From positions 178,064,001 to 178,128,000 of the forward strand of contig OX597814.1 in assembly GCA_951406725.2 (NCBI GenBank): a stretch of 64,000 nt of DNA, given 5' to 3'. A program made the translations under genes and the position numbers. Within the stretch, counting starts at the first letter, position 1, and every line of letters starts with the position of its first letter. The notes beneath the pieces are model-generated. The model saw only the letters and a list, made by a program, of their open reading frames with translations. It did no database searches and was not told where the DNA came from. Positions 12,853-26,260 of the stretch are shown here, in pieces. The DNA is from Octopus vulgaris. Lineage: Eukaryota.

Positions 12853-15596
12853 AACGTTATCTAAAAATTTCGGATAAATTTCATCTGGCATAAAAGTTAC
12901 ACAAACGGTATAATAATAATTCCGTCGAGTATTTTCGAATGAAACCTAAATATCCCGTTGCAAATACCATCATGTACATTGGACGCAGTCTAGAATATAA
13001 AAATTAATTCTAGGTCTCTACGACCTCTGTTTAGCATTCAAAAACTTGTGAAATTAATACGTGTCTAGAAATTACACATACACACACAAGCACACACATG
13101 CACATATGCATGTTTGTATGTAATATGTGTGTGGTAGCGTGCGTACTTGCAAATAAACGTGTGATTCAATGTGACGCATTCTTTCATATGAAGCAAACTT
13201 AAGTTGCCGACATGGCTGATATGGATTTATAAATGGAAAGGACAATGTGTAAAAGTGCAGCTATATGACTTAGTTATAACATCCATGCTATCATTTTCGC
13301 AACGCAAACTGAATGGTAATATTTCTGTTAAAATCTAATGTTATTTGATAGTCATTCATTTTTTCTTCACTAACACATGCGAGATTGATGTCCAATGCGT
13401 ATTCACAAGATTCATGGATAACAATTTAATCATTTTCAAATAAATAGTTAAAGTAGAATGAAACAGGCCAGAAGAAAAAAAAAATCAGAAAATGAACTCA
13501 GAAAGAAAAAAAACATCTAAGCCTAAATTATACGATCAAAACTATTATATTTATGTTTTAAAGAATGACAGCAGAGACACATTGGAAATTTTAAGTTAAA
13601 TGTATATTTAATGAGGTCTTTCTCGTTCTTGTTTTCCAGTTGTTTTTCGTTGTATTGATGTTATGTAAATATATTTAGTACAGCGTCAGTGAAATGCATA
13701 ATCCGAATGGCAAAAGAAAAATATACAGGCGTAATATGGATTGTGAAATGCAGAATATGTCAAGGGTTATAGATATTGATGTGTTGTTAGCCATATCATT
13801 TCATTTCAAAGAGAACGCGTGAACTATTTTGTATCTTTTTAGGCTCTAGAGATATTTACAATTATAAAAGTGCGTACTCTTACATGAATACACAATACAC
13901 ATAGAAATATGCAGTTAAACACATTCGCGTATTCAAATAATCACATACACGCGTTCGCGCACACATGCACACACATACGCTCACGCGCAAGCGCACAAAA
14001 ATACATTGTGAGTAAAATATGGCGCCTCTAAGTATTTGCTCTATCTGCTAGAAACTACGATCCAATATCTCCTATATCACAGTTTATTGTCTCATAAAAA
14101 AGTGGAGTATATTCTTTAACGTTGTTTTAGATATGCTATATAAGATATATTTAAGACACACATCATTGAAAACTAATTACAAGTGAATATGTGATGAGGA
14201 AAGAATAGAAATATTCAATGCTTAATATTCGTATTCACATCGTTCTTTTAAATACAGGAGACAACTGTGGATATATTTCCCTCTTATTCTGACCCCCTTT
14301 TCAATAAAAAAACTGAAAGAATCAGCAAAGAAACTTACGAAAATGTAATTTTCTTGATGTAAGAAAATAGAATAATTTAGAAATTGAATAACTGAAAGGC
14401 ACCGCATGAAAGGCACCAGACGAAAGAAAGTCAGTAATCAAGTTACTGTAGGCGTATTTACCTCAAAGAGCATTACAAAAGCTAACACAATGCATAAGAA
14501 AGTAAATGGCTGTGAAAGTGTCAATGAATGGATATTGTAATGGAGTGAAGAAACGGAGGAGAAAAGGAGAAATGTAGAATTTCAAATTATATAAGTTTTG
14601 CTGTCACAGAGTGATGTGGCTGCTAATTCTCGCAGTTCACTTGATCAACGTTCTTGTTGACCCAAATAGTAACTCACATTCCTAAATATTTAAGCATTTT
14701 CAATCCATATATGTTTTCATTAAATAAGTAACGTTTCCCAATGTATTCCCGCCACAAAAAGACAAAAAGAATAGAAAAGAATCAATGGAAACTACATATT
14801 TTGAAAATGATTTGTCATTGGTATAAAATTACACCAACTCTAAATATGTAGAAATCGGTGCAGTATATTTAGGTTTAACGTTGAAAGGATTTCAAGTAAG
14901 CACCATGGTAGTTCAGGGATTTACAAAGAGATAACTCTGCTGCTGAATTATGAATATGCATACACAATATTTAATACTGTACCAAATGCAATAATTTCTC
15001 CTCTATAACGCCGGGTGGGCTCTCCTAATTATCTCTTTCACAAACTTTCGTATCAGTTCCACAATAAACTGGAGTATCACACCATAGTGTCTTCTAAAAT
15101 ACATATTGAGGCATTTCTGCATTTCTGTATGATGCATGCAATTGGTTAAAGTTAGGTAGAACTGCTCTGTGAAGTCGATGTCTTCGTGCAGTAACAAAAC
15201 CGAAATGTCTCACGAAAAACAATATATACAAACACATCCATGACACCATGAACTCGAAATACTCACTACGTTCTACCATAAGCGCAAAAGGCTTACAATT
15301 CCTAAATATAAAATAAACAACTGGTAAAGCAACGACCGTATATCTTTCGCCGTGTAAACGAAACATATTTGCCTTTCACAGGCTTCAGTTATGGACTATA
15401 CGCAGAAGTGAATTTATACCAATCACATAGAAATCGAATTACAATGGCTCTAATGCATTATCTGCAACATAAACACAAAACAGACGCAAAATGTTAACCC
15501 AGTTAGCGTTACAGATATCAAACGTACCGAAAATATCTTCACTCTTGTGCTTCAGTCCTAAACATACTGCTATACAACTTTAACTTAGAAGCTATG

Positions 15597-15775
15597 TTTT
15601 ACTTGTTTCAGCCAGTGAACTACAATCGTTCTGGGGCACCGCTTAAAGGTAGTAGTCGAATAAGTCGATACAGGAACTTAGTTTTTAATGTCCGGTACTT
15701 ATTCTATCGTATTTTTTTTTGTCGTTTTGGCTGAATATCTAAATTATAGGAATGTAAGCACACACACACACACAC

Positions 15776-15806
<31 letters not shown>

Positions 15807-15930
15807 CGACAGGTTTCTATTCAGTTTCCATCTATCATAAGGCATTGATCGTCCCGATATCATAGAAGATGTTGCGCAGTGGAACTAAACTCATAACCAC
15901 TTGCTTAAAAGCCTGACATGCCTCGCCATA
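15597..15930 (-). mobile_element. SINE family B, old degenerate copy
   Basis: ttttacttgtttcag, gtacttattctatcg, cgacaggtttctattcagtttcc, gcgcagtggaact all match family B on the reverse strand. Confidence 0.75.
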
Positions 15931-16616
15931 TTGACAGGGTATATATTTCATACTTGGGTTTCCTCGACTCTTTTCTAACTCAATCATGTACAAACATGAC
16001 CCATCGGTGTTTGAGATAGGAATAGACTAGTAGAAGAATATAAACCTCCTTGCTATTCTTACAGTAGGTAAAGATATGCAAAATTTCATAAAAGTTTATA
16101 ATAGTTCAGAATCGCTCTATGGTCGATATTTATCTAAGAACCACGCATATTGAAGACATCTTGCGACTTGCATTTTAAAGCCTGAAAGTATTTAGAACAT
16201 AGAAATATTGTCTGGGAGAGTGAATGGTTTTTTAATTTATGCATATATGCAACGAATTACATTTCTCTCGCTTTTACTCTCTCTCTTTCTCTTTCTCTAT
16301 CTACCTAACTATCTATCTATCTACTATTCATTTACATATTCACTCACTGTCACCACGCGCTCGTGTTCATACTCGTAGACGGACTCGTAGGCATATGGCC
16401 TCTAACACTTATATTCCACAAACGTCAATAGGAATTGTGCTATCTCCAAAGTTTAGAAGAATTACGGAGGGACCAGTCTGTCATCTATTGTTGCAAAAAT
16501 GGTCAACATGATACTCAACCGAATAGTCTAAGATAGAAAAACAATTGCGACCAAATCAAGACGGATGCAGATCAGGACGGTCAACAACATCTCATACTAT
16601 CGCACTATATATATGT

Positions 16617-16676
<60 letters not shown>

Positions 16677-16936
16677 ACAGTTTGAATCCCAGTTCCCCTT
16701 GCCCTCGTACATTCAACGCATTACATAGTCCAGAACGATGGCGAATAGATAAGGTGCGAGCGTGTCGCCGAGCGAGATATAATTGCCAATCAGAAATTCG
16801 AGTCCGCGTGTATCATGTAAGGCTAGAGATGGGAACGATGACCTCCCCTCACAAATACTAATCGGACACAGAATGTGTGTCGTTAGCCAGCCGGAGGAGA
16901 TGTCTTCCTGGAGCTATAAACGCCAGACTTAGTTGG

Positions 16937-16974
<38 letters not shown>

Positions 16975-17992
16975 TATTGTGTTCGGGTATGCATCATGTG
17001 GTATGCCATTTAAAACCAGCCCGCTGGCAGTATTCGGCTACATAATGTCATCAACAGTATGAAGGTATACGGCACTAGATATACTTTAGGAATTCGTTTG
17101 TGTCACTCAAGTTTATGAAAATATGCGAGACAGAAAATGGAACTCACTAGAACTGTCAACCCATCGGATACCGTACCTCGCTGGTGAGATGCTGATGCAC
17201 GTTTCTTATTTGCCGTTTTCCTTATTTCTCTTTCAATATATTTTAGTTGTCGAAACGATCGTAGTGAATAAAGTGCATCGTGGATTCTATTTTCTTTTTC
17301 TCTCTCTCTTTCATACATCTATATATATATATGTGTGAGTGTATGCTTGTGTGTGTGTATGTATGTCTCTATATATGTTTGTATGTATGTATGTATGTAT
17401 GTATTTATGTATTATGTACGTATGTACGTATGTAGGTATGTGTGTGTGTATTTGCTGTTAAAGCATAGCAGAATTTATTGACCCTTGCAGGGAGAGTAGG
17501 AAGCAGGAGTAAACAATGAAATACCCACCCACTTCATAGAAAAGAGAAAAAAAATCAAACTAATTCCAACTTACTTGGAAAGTCAGGAAATGAAAACATA
17601 CCAATCTCGTAAATGTTAAGTTCAGCTTACCTAAGAATACAGAAGAAAAGAAAAAAAATAATTACATGTGTGGAACGAGAAATAAGTGAATTTAATGTCG
17701 AACACTATTAGATCGAGAATATTTTGGTTTTTTATCTGCGCTAGAAATCTTTATATAAATCGGGATTATATAATAGACTTTGTTAATCATGTTAAACATA
17801 TCGATATAATGGTATTTTATGACAATAGCCATCTGAAATTATTGTTGACCTTTTAAAATATACTTTCTTTCCCATTGTGATAAACAAATATTTTCCTTTT
17901 AGTGAATAATAAAAGAAGAATTTTGGCAATAACGTCGGATTCTTTCACACATGGAATCATTCAAGCACACATACAGGCATATGCAACCATCA

Positions 17993-18095
17993 TATCTATC
18001 TATCTATCTATCTATATGTATGTAAATATATTCATACACACATGTATATATATGTATGTATGTACATATACATATATATTTACACACACACACAC

Positions 18096-18136
<41 letters not shown>

Positions 18137-18166
18137 AATATATATACATATATATATAATGTATAC

Positions 18167-18219
<53 letters not shown>

Positions 18220-18241
18220 GTATACATAAATATATATATAC

Positions 18242-18275
<34 letters not shown>

Positions 18276-18286
18276 ATGTATACATA

Positions 18287-18340
<54 letters not shown>

Positions 18341-18353
18341 AATATATATATAC

Positions 18354-18398
<45 letters not shown>

Positions 18399-18410
18399 TG
18401 TGTGTGTGAT
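17993..18410. repeat. long (TA)n array with recurring AATGTATACATAAA interruptions
   Basis: The interruption recurs three times (about 18158, 18217, 18275), giving a higher-order unit of about 58 bp; explains the 245-aa YI ORF. Confidence 0.9.
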
Positions 18411-18574
18411 ATATCATTTTACTCCCAGTCATTGAGCTGCATACATGCTGAGGCCAAACTGTGCAGAATTTTGGTGGAACGAAATGACACCAGTACTGCT
18501 TTGCAGCTTGACATTTATTATATCGTTCGCGTTTGCTGAACCTGTACAATAAGAGAAGACATACAGGCAGAAAG

Positions 18575-18632
<58 letters not shown>

Positions 18633-18712
18633 CCCATATATACATACATATATATATATATGTGTGTGTGTTAGTGTAGATGTGTACATATATACTCATA
18701 TATATGTATATA

Positions 18713-19545
18713 CAGGATGTCCCAAAACAATGTATACACACTTTAGCAGCTGATAACTCAATTGATATTTTTCCTTTCCAAATGAAACCTATAGGATTTA
18801 ATGATGGCAGTCAGATTAAGCTTTGAACAAAGAAAATTCATTCTAAAATGATACTGGAAGTGTGAAAATGCAGTTGAAGTGCAAAACAGTTGGGGAGGGA
18901 GTTTCAAACAGATCCACCAATGCAACTCCCTATCACTTGAATTAGAGATAAGTTTGAAGCTGATGGAACTGTTCAGAATGTCCACGATAAGCATTCCAGA
19001 AGACCCCGAACATCAACAACCCCAACAAAGCAAGGAGTACTGGAAATGAATCATTAAAGTCCAAAAAAATCTGTGCGACAAAGCGAGTCATGAGGTGGGT
19101 ATTCCAAAATCATCTGTCCAATACATTTTGAAGCATTGTCAATGGAAAAGTTACATTCCAAGATTAGTCCATGCTATTAATGATGATGATCCAGACGAAA
19201 GAGTGCAGCATTGCGAGTGGTACTTGGAACGATGTGTAGAAGCTGCACACTTTCCAACAAAGATTGTGTGGAGTGATGAAGCCACATTCAAATTAAATGG
19301 TTCAATTAACTGCCACAATTGCACCTACTGGGGTCCTGAGAATCTGCATGTTACGGTGAAACACCATGTTAATTTGATATTTGTGTGGTGTGGTTTATCA
19401 TCAAGAGGATTAATTGGACCATTCTTTTGTTATGCTACTGTGACTGGTCCCGTTTACTTGAACTTGTTGCAACAGTCTGTTATGCCAAGCATTAGAGAAG
19501 ACTTTGAAGATGAGGAGTTTGATTTTCAGCAAGATGGGGCAGGAT
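18713..19545 (+). mobile_element. Tc1/mariner transposon, rosa/DD41D-like, 3'-truncated pseudogene
   Basis: TA + CAGGATGTCCC TIR-like start. Disrupted N-terminus [36 protein letters not shown], then [39 protein letters not shown] (first two catalytic Asp). Truncated by (TG)n before the third residue, so the subfamily is inferred. Confidence 0.9.
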
Positions 19546-19565
19546 GCATGAGTGCGTGTGTGCTT

Positions 19566-19620
<55 letters not shown>

Positions 19621-19877
19621 TATATACCGGAGAGGTAATTTTGCAACAAATATTTTGTTTTACAATGTTTGTGGAGCATGTCAATGTGGCAAAGAGGTAT
19701 AATGAATTCTTGTGCAGCAGTTATGGAGCCAAATATCGGCACGACTTTTGTTGATTCCAATAAGTGGTGACCAATACCAGATACTAAAAGTCACACATTA
19801 TACGTTTATCTATAGTGACATACGTATATGCTTGTCTGTATGTATATAAGAATGAATGTATGTATGGATAGATTGAC

Positions 19878-19921
<44 letters not shown>

Positions 19922-21344
19922 TTATTTATTTACTGAATTAAACTTTAACATTCCAAACACTCGTTGTTACTTAGATTTGAATGTAAACATATATCTCTAT
20001 ACTACTGACAAGCAGCATAGAGAAAACGTAGTGAGTCTTCTCATGGATATTTTCGCAATTGCTGGTATTCTCTTCAGGAATACATACCCAATATCTTTCT
20101 CTAATTAACAGCATGGAACGGCCAATATATGAAGCAGTAAAAGATTAAGCTAACGCCGTATTGCACAACTTATTTTTACTCATGACCTACGTCAGTAAAT
20201 GAGCGGTTCAATCTATGTTTTAAGCAATACTGTATAAATTCAACTCCCATTGTTTTTAATAGACGTATTCCAACCCCTTTCCCCACATTTTTGATGGGAG
20301 GAAAAAAAGAAGGAGGAATATCCCGATGTAGAGTTTCACGGTTTGTTAAATATTCTTCTAAGCAAAAATATAAGATATGGTCGTTGTAACATTAGTGTTG
20401 AAGAGCATGTGCTGAGGTAAGAAACATGGCAAATTCTAGTTACGAAAAAACGTGGGAAACACGAAAATCAAAGAGAAAATAGATTCAGGTTTCTACTGAA
20501 AAGAAATTTTCAAATGAATACTTTCATTTACGATTGTTAATTAGTATGTGGTTTTGACGTTGTTAATTTAATATGTCCCGGTGTCCTTTATAGTCAGCTA
20601 AATGCTATGCTTTGCGAAAAAATATTGACCATGTATCTAATTAGACGCCCGCTATAGAAAGATTCCTTTATTGTACCGCTACATTGATTTTCATAAAGTA
20701 GAAGTAACAGAAAAAGAAGCAACCATTTGTTTACATCAAACGGGAAATCCATCCTGTATCTTCAGGATAATTAATGATAATTCAAACCAGTAAAAGAAGA
20801 GAAAACAAAAATTTAAATATTCAAGCAACTACTATACGTATTTAGTTTTTATTAATTTGTTATCCGTGTTCCAATAATTAAAATATTCTGTAAAACTAGT
20901 TAACTACATGCGCTGGATCCGATCTAAAGGCAACTAAATCATTATTTCGCCATTTTTTCCCTTTTTAATGCAAGGAGCTATTCCCTTATTACTTCCTTAA
21001 TTTTGCTACATACAGCAGCATATTATCACGATGTTTCTCAACCGGACGTGGTAAACTGAATATTTGAATTCACTGAGTTGTTAGTAAGATGCAGCGACGA
21101 CTGTAATTAAAATATATTTGTTAATTACTCAACAGTTATAAGGACGTCTTTATTTGCTTTCAAGCGAAGCCAAGACTAATTTAGATCTCTCAAAATTAAT
21201 GGTAATTCAAAATAGGTCAATTGAAATCTGATGAGATTCTATGTATACGAACGCAAAGTTTAAGGTCAGATCATTTGTTTATTTGAAGAGAATTCTTTTC
21301 ATGTGCAAGCATTTGCATTCACAAATTTATATATGGATTAGAAT

Positions 21345-21840
21345 ATTCTGTTTGCCGATGTCATAGCATGAAGTCGTACTGCATCGTGGTGGGCCTTTGT
21401 TTTGCACTGTGTCGATTTGTTCTTCGACATCTACGATGGCTGAAACGAAGTAGCAGCGTGCTTCCGTGAAATTCTGATTTTTGCTGGGAAAAACTTATCT
21501 TGGAGGATAGTCACCGAAAAATTGACGAACTTGTTGACATGACTGGTGTGTCCTGGAGCTCCTGCCAACGAATTTTGAGCGAGGAATTGCTAATGAAAAG
21601 AGTTGCAGCAAAATTTGTGCCTCGTTTGCTCTCGGAAGATCAAGAAGCAGTCACGACTACATACGTGACGTGAACTGAAAGAACAGTTGTAAGTTGATCG
21701 GGACCTTTGTTCGAATGTCATCGCTGGTGCTACGAATTGGGCAGATGTGGAAGCGGTGAAAAAAAAAAACACGGAGCCACTAAAAAGCATCGCTTCGCAA
21801 GAGTTCCAGGACTGCTTCGAAAAGTGGAAATTGAGCGGGT
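21345..21840 (+). mobile_element. internally deleted mariner transposase pseudogene
   Basis: From ATG 21436: MAETK*QRASVKF*FLLGK; then IDELVDMTGVSWSSCQRILSEELLMKRVAAKFVPRLLSEDQ; C-terminal LKSIASQEFQDCFEKWK. DDD core deleted. Confidence 0.85.
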
Positions 21841-21969
21841 AAAATATTAGATATCAGCGTCGTAAGAAATCTAATGGATTCAGCTCAGGAGAGTGTTATA
21901 ACTTCTATATACATGAACACACCTAAGTTAAAAGTCAAATTATAATGAATACATTCCGATAACATTATT

Positions 21970-22162
21970 GGTTTTACATTCTGATACAAAGCCACCAATT
22001 TTGTTTGGGGTGGGGTGGAGTAAGTCGATTACACCGTCCGAATGTTCGACCCCGAAAAGTTGATAGGCAAAGTTGACCTCTGTGGAATTTGAAATTAGAA
22101 CGTACGAAATGCCCTTAAGCATTTTGCCCAGCACGCTATATTTGTGTCAACCCACCGCTTTA
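21970..22162 (-). mobile_element. SINE family A variant, degenerate
   Basis: tcgaccccgaaaag..aggcaaagttgacctc.gtggaatttgaa..gaaatgcccttaagcattttgccc is the reverse complement of the family A core and head. Confidence 0.8.
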
Positions 22163-23156
22163 AATCAAGGGTATCATTATTGTGAAGTTATTGTGTAAAA
22201 CAATTATATATTCCATTGGCACATTCATCATAAACTGCTTAAAAGAGTACTTTTACACCGGTTTGAAATCCCCATACTATTACTTAGAATATTACTGAGA
22301 AAATTTTCTATTTTATTGTGAATAATCTTATCTCATTTAGATGACAAAGACATCATTGTATCAATATATTTTGCAAAATATAAATTCCTACACACACACA
22401 CACAGACATATATACACACACAAACACACTCACAAACACAACACACACTCATATACGCCTAAGTGTGCGCCTGGTTGCGGAGTTTCACATGTCTTTCCAC
22501 ATATTTTGGCGTCAAAATTGATGGGTAGCGTTACTGTGAAATCATACCACTGTATGTTATAGATCGAACAGTGAAAATTGGCGGATAAATACTCTTTATC
22601 TGTGGGTTGACCAGGCTACCATTGGTTTCATGTTAGGAGAGATATGTCTCTTAACAATTACTAAACCTGTTGCCAAAGACGTTGGCTTTCGTCTCCATCC
22701 TCGATGAAAACACGAGAAAATCATAAGAAATCGCGCAAGGTTTTGGGGGTAAACAAATATTCATATGAAGGAGAACATCTGCCGAATTATTATCTCCCTA
22801 ACATTAACTTTTTCTATCTTTTTGGTATGTGCTTACACACATACCCACTGGTTCATGTAACCATGCCTGCATTATGTATTTTTAGTATATGCACATAATA
22901 ATTCGTATTTGCATATGCATCACATAGTTGCGGAGTTTCATAGGCTTTGCACATATTTTGGTGCATAATGTTACTTTGAAATCATAGGATTGCATATTTA
23001 TGTCTGCGTATATATTTATGCAGTTTGTATATATTCATTAATTTGTGTATAAGTTCATTCTATGAATCATGTACTGTCATACGAATAAGCACGGACAGAC
23101 ATGTGTATGCATGCATACACATACGCAAATCTACCCACTCACACATTACAAACATA

Positions 23157-23327
23157 CTGGAGCACCGCCTTGATGTATTTTAGTTTAACTAGTCTTCCTT
23201 AGTACATATTTCTGTTTTAAAGCTTGGTACTTAATATATCGGCTTCTTTTACCGCATCGCTTAGTTACAGAGCATTAAATACATCAACACCGGTTGGTAA
23301 CACATACATGCACACACACATACATAA

Positions 23328-23380
<53 letters not shown>

Positions 23381-23522
23381 TATATACTAATATATATACA
23401 TATACATATATGCACACGCACACGCACGCACGCACACACACACATATCGGCGGAGGCGTAGCTGTGTTCTTAAAAGTTTGCTTCCCAATCACATGCCTCC
23501 GGCTTCATTCCCACTGTAGGCA
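23157..23522. mobile_element. two family B SINE fragments around a microsatellite (3' half minus 23157-23300; head plus 23449-23522)
   Basis: ctggagcaccgcctt..ggtacttaatatatcgg..acaccggttg, and ggcggaggcgtagctgtg..tttgcttcccaatcacatg..cccactg. Confidence 0.65.
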
Positions 23523-24218
23523 TCTATATATGTATGTATGTATATATATTCGCATATACATATATGCGTATATGTGTTTATATACTTATATATACATACA
23601 TATGCACACACATAAATTCATGACATACGTATGTATGCAAGTTTGTATATGAAGTTTTGTTTGTATTTTCGTATGATTTGGTGAAGCTGGTTTTCGATAG
23701 TAAAGTAGTTTCTAAAAATTCATAATCAACATATTTAGACCATTGTATTCTCATCTTCAGGCGTCGAGTGTTGTTCTGCGTATTGATGCTTCTTTTCATA
23801 AAGTAATTCTAATGTTATTGTTTAAAAATTACATCCAGAATTTAAATCTGAGCCGCTTAGGTTCACACGATATCAACTACATGTTTAAGCTTCTTTCCGT
23901 ATCTACTTAAGTATCTTTCGTGATATCAGCATTGTTTCGTTTTGTATTTTAATAGAGACATTCTGTAATGTAAAGAGGTGTCTGCTAATCTATTCCTATG
24001 TAGCTAGGATTTTATGGCTTTGTGCATTTGTGTTGTCTTATGTTTGTACGTTGCAATTGGTCCCTGTCGTAAATGTATGATATGCCGAACGGAGTATGCG
24101 ATAGTTTTCGGATTGATATAATAATGACGCTTACATCTTTCATGATATTTGACATAATTATTGCAGGTTTACTTGCATTTGATTTGCTATTGATAAAATG
24201 GTTTTAAATTTTTTATTC

Positions 24219-24598
24219 TTTTTTGGAAGCACTCCGTCGGTTACGAATCAACGGAACAGCCTGCTCGTGAAATTAACGTGTAAGTGGCTGAGCACTCCAC
24301 AGACACGTGTACCCTTAACGCAGTTCTCAGGGATATTCAGCGTGACACAGAGAGTGACACAGAGAGTGACAAGGTACAACAGCGTGACACAGAGAGTGAC
24401 AAGGTACAACAGGTACAACAGAAGCAGGAAGTAAGAGTGAGAGAAAGTTGTGGTGAAAGAGTACAGCAGGGATCACCACCATCCGCTGCTGGAGCCTCGT
24501 GGAGCTTTAGGTGTTTTCGCTCAATAAACACTCGGTCTGGGAATCGGAACCGCGATCCTATGACCGCGAGTCCGCTGCCCTAACCACTGGGCCTCCAC
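24219..24598 (-). mobile_element. tRNA-derived SINE family C (tail type 1) with 13-bp TSD
   Basis: Head GGAGGCCCAGTGGTTAGGGCAGCGGACTCGCGG; TSD AAATTTTTTATTC at 24206-24218 and 24599-24611; internal tandem duplications at 24339-24421. Confidence 0.9.
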
Positions 24599-25176
24599 AA
24601 ATTTTTTATTCATGCAGTATATAAATAGTTACTCTTTGCATTTTGATGTAATGCATTTTATGCATGTTTTATGAGGGTTTTAATAACGTGTTTACCTTTT
24701 CTCTCGTCAGTAATTATTTGATTCACAAAATATTTTTTGCATGTGATTTCTATATTCACTGGTCATGCTGCATTAGCTGCACATATTTGCGTTTATTTAG
24801 TTCTGTATTTTGATCTGTTAATTTTTTTTATTACATTGCAGTAGTATATAAATGCTTTTGAATTGGCGTTTGGAATCTGTGTAGTTATTCGGTCTCATTA
24901 ATTAAATCTATGCTTTTATTTTGCTGTTATATCTGTATTGTTCTAGGTGTCGAGTGTTAGAAAAAAAGTTGCATTAATGGTTTCTTGCTTTTTTATTAAC
25001 TATATTCCGGGATGTCCTACTGGCAATTGTGTTATCTACTGTGTCCCACCGCCACAAGCACACATGCTCATCCATGCATGCATGCATGCATACATATATG
25101 CATTCTATCTATCTATCTATCAACCATCCATCTATCAATCTATGTATCTATGCGTATGTATATATGTATGTATGTT

Positions 25177-25249
<73 letters not shown>

Positions 25250-25740
25250 GAAATGTGTGCAGAGAAAGAAACGTGTGTCTCCATAGAACTTTCCATTTGA
25301 ATTGCCAGAATGCGAGTGACACTATTTCATTCTTGTACTTGCGCTAGCCACAGCAGCTCTCCAAACGATGGCCCTGATGGTGCTGTAGACCTCACACTGG
25401 GTGTGGTGACGGAGGCCTGGCTGTAGGTTAGCAGCAGATATGTTGAAGGTCGTTGTCGAGGGTAGTAAATACCGTGGTCGTAGTCAATGATGCCGTTGTC
25501 TGCATCAGTGTGGTTGGCGATGGTGGTATGTCTTGGTCGTAACCGGTGTTGGCACTGGTGGTGTATGTCCTTATAGCAACAATAACCTTATAGTGTGCTT
25601 TCGAAAGATCCCCTCCGAGTGGCAGTCACTAAGTATCATACAGTAGGATTTTTTTTCCCGCATATACATATGCAAATCCAAAATGTCGTAAAGTATAAAC
25701 AATGAAATTTCGATACAAGAAGATAGATAAATAGATAGAA

Positions 25741-25991
25741 CAGCTTTCATTACAAAATCACTACAATTGTTTCAACACAACCATTATCAGCTGTTAATGT
25801 CTGAACGTTACATGAAATATAAGCAATATTGCACTAATATCTTTCAAAAATGCCTGTCTACGTGCGTATCCTCGGGTGATTAGTGTCAAAAACATGGCTG
25901 AGCAATATTGCTTATGATTTATAGAGCATTCAGCAATTAACAGCTGATAATTATGCCTTGAAACAATTATAGTGATTTGTAATAAAGCCTG
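25741..25991. mobile_element. self-inverted ORF-less element (Penelope pLTR-like)
   Basis: Arms: ttacaaaatcactacaattgtttcaa..attatcagctgttaat..ataagcaatattgc versus gcaatattgcttat..attaacagctgataat..ttgaaacaattatagtgatttgtaa. Confidence 0.75.
25756..25881 (-). ncRNA. type I hammerhead motif, U4C core variant
   Basis: AAUCAC-CCGAGGA-uacgca...ugugu-u-GAAAC-AAUU-GUA-GUGAUU: perfect 6-bp stem I, palindromic stem III ACAAUUGU, GUA triplet. Confidence 0.7.
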
Positions 25992-26104
25992 TGAAATCCA
26001 TCTCTACGCATTAAAGTGTGTAAACATACATACATACATACATACATACATACATACATACATAGTCATTTCAAGTAAACAAACGATTGAAATAAATGAA
26101 TAAA

Positions 26105-26260
26105 ATAACGAACGAGAGGACGTGCACAAGAAATGTATTAAGTTGACGCTCGGTGAAAGCAAAGAGTTTGACGTTACGAGCATAGCTCTTCATTCGAAAG
26201 GAGAAAGACAGAATTTCAAAGATAGGAAAGCAATCGCCAACAGCACACGTGTAGTTACAT
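26105..26260 (-). mobile_element. hammerhead-bearing repeat, same family as 54519-54897, degenerate
   Basis: Shares gaggacgtg, gacgctc, aatcgccaac with the 54519 arm. Minus core at 26167-26199: UUU-CGAAUGA-A-GAGC(UAU)GCUC-GUAAC-GUC-AAA. Confidence 0.7.

Noticed and set aside
19095-19754. Intact 219-aa transposase gene
   Set aside because: The upstream part has a stop and frameshifts, the third catalytic residue is missing, and the C-terminus is (TG)n read-through.
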